Shown piece by piece: positions 49,375 to 61,215 of a stretch of DNA of 64,000 bases. The notes under the pieces were generated by a model. It had not been told where the DNA came from, did no database searches, and was given only the letters and a program-made list of their open reading frames with translations. The DNA lies in contig NC_086108.1 in NCBI RefSeq assembly GCF_963921235.1, positions 10,230,001 to 10,294,000 of the forward strand. Reading direction: 5' to 3'. The stretch comes from Mobula hypostoma. Lineage: Eukaryota. Positions within the stretch are counted from its first letter, which is position 1. Each line of letters begins with the position of its first letter. A program made the translations under genes and the position numbers.

Positions 49375-49565
49375 CAACACACACAAAATGCTGGAGGAAC
49401 TCAGCAGGCCAGGCAGCATCTATAGAAAAAAGTACAGTGGACATTTTGGCCCAAAACATGGACTGTACTGTTTTCTATAGATGCTGCCTGGCCTGCTGAG
49501 TTCCTCCAGCATTTTGTGTGTGTTGCTTGGGTTTCCAGCATCTGCAGATTTTCTCTTGTTTGTGA
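49375..49565. mobile_element. Penelope terminal-repeat remnant arranged as a fold-back inverted repeat
   Basis: 55-bp perfect arms at 49375-49429 / 49471-49525. Confidence 0.92.
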
Positions 49566-50311
49566 CTAGATGGTGGTCTCTGGGAGCCTTGTTGCTGTTG
49601 CATGGTGGTTAGTGGGTAGGTTGATGCTTTTCCTGGAGCAATGGGGGACGGGGAGGGGGGAGTGTTGATACATTCGCTGCTGCTTGTGTGCAGGAAGGGG
49701 AGGGGTTGCACTGGGGTTCTAACATTTTCTGCCATTCATTTTTTTTGTGGATGTCTGTGAAGAGTAAGAATTTCAGATTACATGCGGTAAACATTCTCTG
49801 ATATTAAACTGAACCATTGTTCTCCCCACCATACGAAGCATTTTCTCCACATCCACTCAACTTCACTCACCCCAGCACTGAAATGCTCTCACAACCTATG
49901 GACTCACTTTCAAGGACCCTTCATCTCATGTTTTTGATATTTATTGTTTATTTGTTATTATTATTTCTTTCTCTATGTATTTGCGCAGTGTGTTGTCTTT
50001 TACACACTGCTCGAATGCCTAATTTGGTGTGGTCTTTAATTGATTCTATTAAGGTTATTATTCGATTATGGATTTATTGAGGAGGCCCATAAGAAAATGA
50101 ATTTCAGGGTTGTATATGGTGACATATATACTTTCATAATAAATTTACTTTGAACTATTCCAACCCATCTGTTCTTCCCACATTCCCATCAAACATCCCT
50201 CAATGCATGGGATTCTACCCTCACCCACCTACTGGGGAACTTACGGCAGAAAATTACCCCACCAACCTGCATAACTCTGGGATGTGGGAGGGAGGAAGAA
50301 TAACATTACCG

Positions 50312-50880
50312 TAAGACCACAAGATACAGGAGCAGTATAAGGCCATTTGGCCCATCGAGTCTGCTCCACCATTTCATCATGGCTGATCCATTTTCCCTGT
50401 CAGCCCCAATCTCCTGTCTTCTCCCCGTATCCCTTCATGCCTTGGCAAATCAAAAATCTGTCAACTTCTGCCTTAAATGTTCTCAATGACTTGCTCTCCA
50501 CAGCCAAAACGTGGGAATGAATTCCATAGATTCACTGCCCTCTGGCTCCTCATCTCCATTCTAAAAGGACGCTCCTCCATTTTGAGGCTGTATCGTCTGC
50601 TCTTAGACTCTCCCCAACACAGGAAACACCTTCTCCACTTCCACTGTATCGAGGTCTTTCAACATTCACTGAGGTCACCCTTCACTCTTCTGAATTCCAG
50701 TGAGTAGAGGCCCAGAGACATCATACGCTCCTCATATGACAAGCTTTTCAATTGTGGAATCATTTTCATGAACCTCCTTTGCAGCCTCCTCCAGTGTCAG
50801 CAATACTCCAAGTCAGGCCACACCAGTACTTTATAAAGCCTCAACATTCCCCCCTTGCTTTTACATTCTAGTCCTCTTAC
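50312..50880 (-). mobile_element. Degraded antisense CR1 3' fragment
   Basis: Same 3' UTR as 48445-48745 and 9172-9710. Confidence 0.85.
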
Positions 50881-51814
50881 AGAGAGAATGTGTCAACTTT
50901 GAGCACAGACAGTGCCGGAGGCCGGAACTGAATTTGGTTCACTGGACAGGTTCTAATTTGAGGGTGACTGACCAGGCAGTCCAGCCCGTTTCTGTGTACA
51001 GTGAACAGTCAGACCTCTCTCTCTCTCCCTCTGGGGGGTTCCGTTGAGTTCATAGTCAATAAATGACCACGGGTTCAGGTTGGAGCTGCAGGTACCAGCC
51101 TGGGCTCACTCACGCTTTTCCTTGTTAACTATCTAAGGAATTGAATGCCAAACTAATCTCTCTAAAGGAGATTAATTGGGATTAGACTGTTTAGGCAGCT
51201 GACAATTTGGCAGAGCTGGATAACAAGTTTATTGATGAGATTAAAGTCCCTCTGCTTTCAGTTGGAGAGAAGGATTCCTCTCAGTCACCGATGCAGTGAA
51301 TTTATCTCAATTTCCGCTGGAACACTAGCTGGGTCTCCTCCAGTTGCAGAGTTGGAGCCCCATCCAGCTCCCTATCTTGACCATACGTGAGGTGCGTGAC
51401 ACTGCTGCCGTGGTATTTCTTCTGTGTAGAGCACTTCACGTGAGCTGGAAATAAGTTCATCGATGCTGGGACTGAACCCCTGAACTGAGAGCTTCCTGGT
51501 GATGTCCAGCGTGGGTTCCCTGCAACAACCAGCTGTCATCTCTGGCAGCAGAGATAGCCGCGGGAACCTGTGGCCACAAGACCTCCAGGGAGAGCTGTGT
51601 GATTTTAATCCCGCGTGAGTCCTTGATTTCTGAAAACTGCTCCTCAGCTCCATTACTCAGTCAGAGGGGCAGAACTGTGCTGAGATGTCGTGAAAGTCCG
51701 GCAGTCACACCTAAGTCTTGTGAACGGACACCCCACCGAGGTCTCTGGCAGGGAAATAGACCCTCAGCTCCCTCTTGGTGGTTACAGTCGCTGTTCCATA
51801 CCCATCTGTGGGAC

Positions 51815-53465
51815 GAGGGGGAAGGGGGGATAGAGAGAGGTGGGGGAAAGAAAAACAGACGGAGAAAGAGGGAAAGAATGATGGAGAGAATAAAAATAAA
51901 GAGGAGAGGTAGAAGGGGAGAGGTAAGGAGCAACAGAGAGAGAGGGTAAGAGGAGGAAAAGGGCAAAGATGGAGAGAGGGGGAGAGGGAGAATGGGAAAA
52001 AGGAAGTCAGGGGTAGAAGGCGAGAAGGAGGGGAAGAGGGCGAGAGGTGGAGAAGAGGGAGGGCAGAAGGGAGAGGGATAGGGGATAAGAGAGAGAGAGG
52101 GAGAAAGAGAGAGAGCACGATTGAGAGAGATTGCAGAGAAAGAGAGAGAGATTGAGATAGAGGTAGGGGAGAGAGAGGAAGGGAAGAGGGAGAGAAGTAG
52201 GGGCTAGAGAGAGAGGTAGGGGAAAATGAGAGAGAGAGAGGTAGGGGAGAGAGAGAGAGAGAGAGGAGAGAGAGGTAGATGAAAGAGAGGGGTAGAAGAG
52301 AGAGATGGTGGTAGGGGAGAAAGAGAGAGAGATAGAGGTTGGAGGCAGAGAGAGATCATGATTGAGGTAGGAGAGAGAGAGGTAGGGGAGAGCGAGGGTA
52401 GGGGAGACAGAGGTAGGGGAGTGAGGGAGATTGGGGAGAGAGCGAGCTAGTTGTTGAGAGAAAGAGGTAGGGGAGAGATTTATAGAGATTGAGCGAGAGA
52501 GGTAGGGAAGGAGGAGAGAGTTTGGAAAGAGAGAGGTAAAAGAGAGAGAGTTAGGAAGGGACAGGTAGTGGGAGAGAGAGGTAGTTGTCAAGAGAGAAAG
52601 GAAGGAGAGAGATTTATAGAGATTGAGAGAGAGGTAGGGGAGAGAGAGAGGTAGGGGAAAGAGAGAAAGAGGTAGGGGAGAGAGGGAGAGATAGATAGAG
52701 ATGATGAGTGAGAGGGAGGGGAGAGAGAGGGAGGTAGGGGAGAAAAGTAGTGGGAGAGGGGTAGGGGAGAGAAGTAGAGATCAAGAGAAAGAGGTAGGGG
52801 AGAGAGAGGGGTAGGGGAGAGAGGGGTAGAGATCGAGACAGAGATGTTGGGGAGAGATAGAGATTGAGATAGGGGTGGGACAGAGAGCGAGCTTGGAGAG
52901 AGAGAGGTATGGGGAGCGGGGGGTAGGGGGTAGAGAGAGGGAGAGTAGGGGAGAGATAGAGATCAAAAGACAGAGTTAGGGGAGAGGGAGATGTAGGGTG
53001 GGGAGAGAGATGTTGAGAAGAGAGAGATGTTGGGTAGAGAGATGGAGAGAGGTGGGGAGAGAGAGGGAGAGGGAAAGGTAGGAGAAGCAGAGAGGTGGGG
53101 AACAGAGAGAAGTAGGGGAGAGTGGGAGAGAGGTGGGGAGAAAGATTGAGATCAAGAGAGAGGTAGGGGAGAGAGTGATAGAGAGAGAAATGGGGAGAGA
53201 GAGAATAAAAGAGGTGTAAGGGAGGGGAGAGAGAGAGAGATAGGGGAGGGACAGAGAAATAGGAGAAAGAGGGAGAGAGGTAGGGGGAGAGAGAGTGGTG
53301 AGGGTGAGGGAAGGAGAGGGAGAAGGAGGGGGAGGGAGGATGGGGAAGGGAGAAGGTGAGAGGGAGGAGGAGGGGGAGAGGGAGGAGGAGGGGAGAGGGA
53401 GAGGGAGAGGGAGGGGGAGAGGTGGAGGAGTGGGAGGGGGAGGAGGAGGGGGAGAGGTGGAGGAT
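51815..53465. repeat. ~1.65-kb polypurine/polypyrimidine tract with a recurring GAGAGGTAGGGGA motif
   Basis: Almost no C on the + strand. Confidence 0.95.
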
Positions 53466-53807
53466 GAATATGAATGAAATTGTAGAAAGGACTGGCCACA
53501 CTGGGGATGTTCTGATGATGAGTTTAACATTGTGTGAAATTGTTTCCATGCACAGTGACTGGTGTCCAATGAATGTCAAATTTTATACCAGCGTTTCCAA
53601 AGGGTCTGTAGCAGCAGATGCAATAAGCATGGTGTTCTTTCAGTAGGCCATCGAGAATTCAAACTGAGCTACCAGGATGGGCATGCAGAACAACTTGGAG
53701 TGGGAGTAGGAGGCTGCACACCTCTGGCTAGGCAACCGATCCAGTTATCGTTATAGTGCAGGAAACAGTGACTGATTTGTAAACAGTGAGCTCCTACATG
53801 TGTAGCA

Positions 53808-54200
53808 AAGTGGAGATATGTCTCTACCAAAGGAGGTGTAAGGTGCTGCTTTCCTCTGCTAACCTGCAGGTGTCCCTTGGGCAAGGTGTAGCACCTGCTT
53901 CCACACACTTTCCCCCCCCTCCACCCAATTCAGGGTCACATGAAGCCATGGGAGCAGGTGGTGGATGGTTGTATGAGCAGCTGGTGCAGATCACAAGTCC
54001 TGGTTATGTGACCACTGATGTCAGGCAGACAATCTCTGAAGAGTATTGATAATGACCCTGGTCACCTGTCTTGTAAAGACACTGCCCAAGAGAAGGCAAT
54101 GGCAAACCACTTCTGTAGAAAAATTTGCCAAGAACAATCATGGTCATGGAAAGACCAGAAAGACCAGGATCGCCCACATTATATGACACGGTACATAATG
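53808..54200 (+). mobile_element. RTE-tailed SINE or non-autonomous element
   Basis: Same family as 38438-38812; gagaaggcaatggcaaaccacttc resembles RTE/Bov-B 3' ends. Confidence 0.8.
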
Positions 54201-54279
54201 AACATACTCCCCACTCCCAAAGCTTTCTGGCCATCTCCAAAACCATTCTTTGGCAATTTTGCCACAAATTTTCAGCTTT

Positions 54280-54487
54280 AGGAGAGAGTGTGAGCTTCTC
54301 TCAGTACATCCCAGGTCAGTCGGATGTGAGCCTTGTCCACATCCCACCAGAGCTTCAGGGGGATTGGAAATTCCCCTGTTCCTCCTGGCACGTTGTTCAG
54401 AACTGATGGAGCGAGTCCCGAAACCCGAATCCTCCAGCAGCAGGTTGTTGAAACGCCAGTAAGCAGCCCCACAGGTGCAGGCTGTGC
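54280..54487 (-). mobile_element. Tx1-type ORF2 fragment (just after the endonuclease)
   Basis: Translates to AAYWRFNNLLLEDSGF and LWWDVDKAHIR; homologous to 59100-59170. Confidence 0.75.
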
Positions 54488-55502
54488 TTTTTTTTAAACA
54501 AACCTATAAAAATTTATTTACACAAGAATTACACAAAGTCAAACATTCAGCATTTACAAGAGAGTGATGAAATTCAAATTAAATATGATCACTATTGTCT
54601 ATAAAACAGTTTAATTCCCTGGGGGTCTACGGCTCCTGGAAATTCCCCACTATACCCATGGTGACCACATGCTCCCTTTCCGAGGAAAGCCCTCCAGGAG
54701 ATCCTCCTCATGCCCTGCCCTGCCCCTCCCATACTGTGTGCCCGTATATAAGGGCTGGAGTGCAGCCAGAAGCTGAGCAGCAGCCCCCCTGAGAAACTCA
54801 AATGGGGCTGCAAACTCTCACATTCCGTATAAGTATGGTACACTGACTCCTCCCGGCCACAGAATGGACAGGTGGACAGGATGTCAGTGAACCAGCTCAA
54901 AAACCTGCTATCCGGTACTGCCTGATGCAACACCTTCCTCCCCAGGTCCCCAGTGTACAGGGGAAGGACCCTTGTGTATGCAGATTTCCACTGGGAACCT
55001 CCTCCGCTGCCAGATGGTAAAACAGACCGCCAAGGTGAGTCTGGTCAGCAGACGAAGGCAAGGAAGCGAAAGGTGTGCAGGAGCAGCCCCTACAAGAAAC
55101 GTTTTGGAGCATCACGGAGGGACATGGTGGGCGTCCCCGCGAGACAGCTCACGTTCCGTGGCACCCAATCCTCATTGTATCCCGAGGCCTGGTTCTGACG
55201 AGCTCTCCCAGCCCATCAGGTGGCGATGCAGCCGGAAACTCTCCACTTCCTCGAGCCTACACACCCACTGTAACAGGATCGGGACCAATCTCCCTCGCAG
55301 CCTGAGCACCGTCCCCCACGAGCACAGGAGCAGCATGTCTGAATGAGACTAGACTCCATACCTTCAACAGCTCTCAGTAAAACCGAGGCAGTTCCCTCAA
55401 CGTGATGCTGTCCGCTGGGAGCTGTGTGCCCTCCTGCAGGCAGTGTCCCCGGTGGAGAAAGTGCATCGCCACCATATACCACCTCGGAGGGTGGTCACTG
55501 TA
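54488..55502 (-). mobile_element. 5'-truncated Tx1-type L1 copy (~1 kb) with poly(A)
   Basis: CPFCGREESVYHTYTEC C-terminal zinc motif; AATAAA and A8 tail; homologous to 55501-56545. Confidence 0.9.
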
Positions 55503-58500
55503 CAAAAACTATAAAAGTTTATTTACATAGCAATCACACAAGGTACAGACATTCAGTATGTACCAGACAGTGAGTACACTCAGATTAAAATATCGTTACT
55601 ACCGTCTGTTAGACAATCAATGCCCCAGATGGCCCAGTCCTGGAAGCCCTCCATTACGACCACATACTCCCTCTCCAAGGACAGTGAAGGGGCAGGCAGT
55701 CTGCTGCCTAGACCCATGAATGGCCATCTTGGCCAGGCCCAGGATCAAGCCCACCAGGAGTTCTTCTCACGACCCGCCTCCTTCTATTCTGGGTGCCCGT
55801 AGATGAGGAGAGCAAGACTAAAATGCAGCCAGAACTGCGGCAGCCTCTTAAGAAACTCAAAGAGCGGCTGCAACCTCTCGCATTCCGTGTAAGCGTGGTA
55901 CACTGACTCCTCCCGGCCACAGAATGGACAGCTGGACGGGGTGTCAGTGAACCTGTTGTACGGTACTGCCTGATGCAACACCTTCCACCCCAGGTCCCCA
56001 ATGTACAGGGGAAGCACCCATTGCGTAAAGAGATTTCTACTGGGAACATCCTCTGCTGCCACATGGCAACATGGACCGCCAAGGTGAGTCTGGTCGGCAG
56101 ACGAAGGAAAGGAATTGAAAAATGTGCAGGAGCAGCCCGTGCAAGAAACACTTTGGAGTTCACGGAAGGCCACGGAGAGGGTCTCGCATCACGTTGTGCG
56201 GGCCCCTCTCCCACGTGGTCTCCCGAGGCCCGGGTCTCATGAACACATCGAGTGGTGGTGCAAAAGCAGGTATCCCTCCACTTCCCCGAGCCCCCTTGAC
56301 ACCCACCGAAATAGGATTGGGACCAGCTCCCCCAGCAGCGGCTAGAGCACCGTCCGTCGCAGCAGCACCCTGCCTGGATGAGGCCAGACCCCAAACCCTC
56401 CACCATTCCCGGTGGAAGCGAGGCAGTTCCCTCAGTGCCACACGGCAGACGCCACCCGCGAGGATTCACGTGCCCTCCTTCAGACAGAGTCCCCGGCGGA
56501 GAAAGTGCGTCGCCAGCCCGTGCCATCTCGGAGGGTGGCCGCACTACAGGTATCTCTGCAAGGTCCTGAGGTGGAGAGCCACCAGCTGGGTGCGCACACA
56601 CACCAGTGACTGACCGCCCTCTGCGATCGGAACACTCAGGACCGCTGCAGAGACCCAACGTCCCCTGTTGCCCCAGAAGAAATCCACCAGCCTGTTCTGG
56701 GTCCTGGATACAAACACCGTGGGTGGGACAAATGTAATCAGCCAGTACCACACCATGGAGGTGACCAGCTGATTTGTAACTTATGCCCTTCCCCCATACG
56801 AGATCTCACGAAGGAGGCCTAACCAGCACCCCAGCCGGGCAGAGATCTTCATCTCCAGATCCCACCAGTTCACCGGCCAGGCCTCCTCCGTCGAGCTCAG
56901 GTAGACCCCCAAGTAGAGGAGGTGTGTGGTGCTCCACGCAAATGGCCTCAACCCCTCCGGTAGGGATCCACCTGCCACTGACCCACCAAGAGGCCCGCAC
57001 TCTTCTCCCAGTTGACCCTTGCAGAGGACGCAGCCGAGGAGACCTGCTGACAGTCTCGCATCCTCTGCAGGTCAACTGGGTCGAAGAGGAAGATGTCATT
57101 GGCGTAAGCCGAAAGTACGACCTCCATGTCTGGTTCACGCAGAACCGAACCCGTTAACCACTTGCAGAGAAGGCACAGGAATGATCCACGCAACTGTACA
57201 ACCGTACCGACATGGGGCACCCCTGACGCACCCCCTCGCAAAGCACAAAGGCGCTGTCAAGGACCCAATGACCTTAACAAGGCACTCCGCAGCAGTTGGA
57301 CATGGGCCACCAAATGTGGCTTGAGCCCAAACACTCAGAGAATCCCAAAAACGTCTTGTGGTCCACTCTGTCAAATGCCTTCTCTTGGTCGAGGGAGAGA
57401 AGAGCGACTGACAGACTAACCTCCTGGCACTGGTAGATGTGGATATTGTCCTGGATCGACCACCCCCGGGACCGCGTACAGCTGATCAGGGTGGACCACT
57501 TGCGCCAGCACGGTGCCCAGACGATTGGCCATTGCCTGGGCAAAGATCTTGTACTCCGCACTGAGGAAGGATACTGGGCACTAATTCCTCAACCAAGGGA
57601 GATCCCCCTCTTGACATGGATAGAAAATTGGTTGGCAGACAGGAAACAAAGAGTAGGGATTAATGGGTCCTTTTCAGAATGGCAGGCAGTGACTAGTGGG
57701 GTACTGCAAGGCTCGGTACTGGGACCGCAGCGATTTACAATCTACATTAATGATTTAGATGAAGGGATTAAAAGTAACATTAGCAAATTTGCAAATGACA
57801 CAAAGCTGGGTGGCAGTGTGAAATGTGAGGAGGATGTTATGAGAATGCAGGGTGAATTGGACAGGTTGGGTGAGTGGGCAGATGCATGGCAGATGCAGTT
57901 TAATGTGGATAAATGTGAGGTTATCCACTTTGGTGGCAAGAACAGGAAGGCAGATTACTATCTGAATGGTGTCAAGTTAGGAAAAGGGGAAGTAGAACGA
58001 GATCTAGGTGTCCTTGTTCATCAGTCACTGAAAGTAAGCATGCAGGTACAGCAGGCAGTGAAGAAAGCTAATGGCATGTTGGCCTTCATAACAAGGGGAG
58101 TTGAGTATAAGAGCAAAGAGGTCCTTCTGCAGTTGTACAGGGCCCTGGTGAGACCACAGCTGGAGTATTGTGTACAGTTTTGGTCTCCAAATTTGAGAAA
58201 GGACATTCTAGCTGTTGACGGAGTGCAGCATAGGTTCACGAGGTTAATTCCCGGGATGGCGGGGTTGTCATATGTAGAAAGATTGGAGCGACTGGGGTTG
58301 TATACACTGGAATTTAGAAGGATGAGAGGGGATCTGATTGAAACATATGAGATTATTAAGGGATTGGACACGCTAGAGGCAGGAAACATGTTCCTGATGT
58401 TGGGGGAGTCCACAACCAGAGGCCACAGTTTAAGAATAAGGGGTAGACCATTTAGAACGGAGTTGGGGAAAAACTTTTTCACACAGAGGGTTCTGTGGAA

Positions 58501-61215
58501 TGCTCTGCCTCAGAAGGCAGTGGAGGCCAATTCTCTGGATTCTTTCAAGAAAGAGTTAGATAGAGCTCTTAAAAATAGCAGAGTGAAGGGATATGGGGAT
58601 AAGGCAGGAACTTGATACTGATTGTGGATGATCAGCCATGATCACAGTGAATGGCGGTGCTGGCTCGGAGGGCTGAATGGCCTACTCCTGCACCTATTGT
58701 CTATTGTCTCTTTGGCAGCAGGGCCACAACTGGTCTGTGCCAAGAGAGGGGCATCTCACCCATTGCCAAGTACCCCTGCATAATCAGCCACTACGATGCG
58801 GAGAAATTCAACTGTCAACCCATCTAGCCGCGGGGATTTGCCTCTCTGCAGCTGGTTGAGGGCACTGGTCAGCTCCTCCAAAGATAGCGGGGCGTCTAGA
58901 CGCTCAGCACCCCCAGGGCTGTCCTCTCATGGAGCCTTGTATGCATCCTCACGGCATGGGGCCGGTGAGAAAAAGAGCCTCATAACCGGAATGAACTTCT
59001 GCATCAATTCTTGCTGGATCCGTGACGGAGGAGCCATCCTCTGCCAGCAGCTCCATGAACTGCCTGCGGACACCCCTGCCTTTCTCGAGAGAAGGAACGG
59101 AACGAATCCCGGAACTGGCCGTCCCCCAGCAGCCAGTTGTTGAAATGCCGGTACGCGGACCCTACCTGTGTGGGCAGCGCATTCAGCTCCACCCACACCC
59201 GGCGGTGGTCCGAGAACGCAACCGGCCACATGGAGGCCACCGACACCCGGGAGACGTGCACCGAGGGGATGTAGAGTTGGTTGATCCGCGAGTCCCCACC
59301 CTCTCTGTACCTCCTCGAGAAAGCACAGAGGTCAGGGTGAAGTCTCCGCCAGACATCGACCAAGATCGAGGATATGACAACTCCCGTAACTTCCTCACTG
59401 ATGCTCGACTACTCTGGGGTCCAGTGTGATCCCTCTCCCCGAGGGTGCAATTGAAACCACCCCCCAGGATGTTGCAGTCACCACAGTCTATGGACCCCAG
59501 CAGCACTGGCACCTCTCGGAACAGACGCGGCAGCGTCGGTCCGGGCTCAGGGGCGTACGCATTGACAGAGTTCATTGGCACGCTGTCCTGAAGCTTGGCG
59601 AGGTGAAACAGATGGTCTGGCACAAGTTCCTGAACCTTCACTATTTCAGGCTGAAAAAAGGGTCACCCCGCTGGAAGTGGAGCTGAGGTGGCTCATGTGG
59701 AACCCCCTCCCCGCTCCCCCCTCTGCCATTCCAGGGGCCAGGTTTCCTGCGGGAAACTCCATGCACATCTCTCAACCCGGAGGACAGAGAGATGATGGAA
59801 TCTGCAGAAAGCACCACCCCCACCACCACCATTGATGTTAAGGGTCACAACACTCAGCTTCATGATGCATCTTATTGAGTTCCCGCACCAGAGCCCCTGG
59901 GAGAAGGAGCAGAGATCTCCTACCAGCCGTCTCCTGTCTTTGGCCAACAACCCTTCTCCAGGGACTCCAGGAGTCTCTTAAACTGGCGCCTCTCCTTACG
60001 GGTCACCTCAGCTCCCCTCCCCTTCTTTTGGAGGATCGTGCAGATCGACTGAATGACCCCTCCCAGCCCCGACCAGCGATCAGTGGCCAACTGGGCCTTG
60101 AAAAGGTTCCTCCCGTAGTCCCTCATGAACTGCCGGATCTCCTCCAGAGAGACGGGCTGTGACTCGGTGTTGGGTCGAGGAAGTCTGCCATCCCGGCTTC
60201 AAAGGAGTTCCCCTCTGCCCCCTCAACGGGTCCAACGTACTCATCACCCTCCAGGTAGTCGTCAGAAAACACCCGATGTGACCAACTCACTCCTCATCCT
60301 AACCGTAGAACCCACCATGGGCTCTACCCCATCCCAGGACCAGTGACCGGGGGAGGCCCCTCCACCTCTGGATCCAGAATTCCTCCCACATCCCAGACAC
60401 AAGCTTGCTGGGTCGTACCCATCTCCACACCCTCGTCACCTTCTCTGGAAACAGCACTAACAGAGTCCCCTCCCTCCTGACCCCTTGCTGGGTCGTACCC
60501 ATCTCCACACCCTCGTCACCTTCCCTGGAAATAACACTAGGAGACTCCCCTCCCTCCTGCCCCCTTGGGACACACTCCCCCTGACTAGCTGCACGGGATG
60601 GCGATTCCGGGTTACTCCGGTTCCCCTCGTGGACTACCCGCTCCTCGGCTGGGTATTTGGCCTCAACTAAGGCAACAATCTGAGAGACCCATCCCACTGG
60701 TGACCCTGTACTACAGGCGGCTCCTTTTCTACAGGGCTTTGCCCCTCCCCAGGGAATACTCGCTCTGAGTGCGCAGTCTCGAACTAAGCCACGTTCACCT
60801 CCTCACACCACCCCCCTACAGTGGCACCGCTCCCCAGCCCGGAGGTGGTGTTTTCAGGAGATGTCTCCCTAGCAGAGGGCCCCTGTACAACTGGGCTATC
60901 CTCCAGCTCCAGAGGACATACTCCGCACAAATGGCCTTCACATCCTCATCCTCCTCCTGAGGCTCCTGACCCCCAGTCTCAGGGGACACGCCCCTCCGTC
61001 GTTTCAGGCCACAGATATGCTGAGGCACGCTGAGCTCCATTACAGAGGTGCCCTCAGCCTCCGGTACTGCCCCCCCTCACCGATTTCCCCGGGGTCTTGC
61101 TGGATTTCGGGAGCCACGAGACCCTCCGGGCTCGTTCAACAGTAACAAGCTGCTCCTTCTCTGGGGGAGAAGCCTTCAGATGCCTTTTCTTCTTTTTCAC
61201 CTTCCTGCCCGCCAC
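55501..61215 (-). mobile_element. Decayed long Tx1-type L1 element (ORF1 C-terminal part, ORF2 from ATG 59863)
   Basis: MKLSVVTLNING, QETW, VNAYAP, GGFNC, SDH, GKSP.LDGL.VEF, SLDQEKAFDRVDH, SAYAND, YLGVYL, CPFCGREESVYH; 80-bp tandem duplication at 60404/60484. Confidence 0.93.
57611..58709 (+). mobile_element. 5'-truncated CR1 LINE inserted antisense into the Tx1 RT
   Basis: Open frame WIENWL..KFANDTK..KGYGDKAGT*; (CTATTGT)n tail; TSD CTCTT at 57608 and 58708. Confidence 0.96.

Noticed and set aside
52007..53579. Long Ser/Pro/Leu-rich ORFs
   Set aside because: Artefacts of the pyrimidine strand, which is depleted of stop codons.
57437..58615. 392-aa ORF as a novel fusion protein
   Set aside because: The N-terminus is antisense Tx1 sequence read into an inserted CR1; the RT is truncated and FADD is mutated to FAND.
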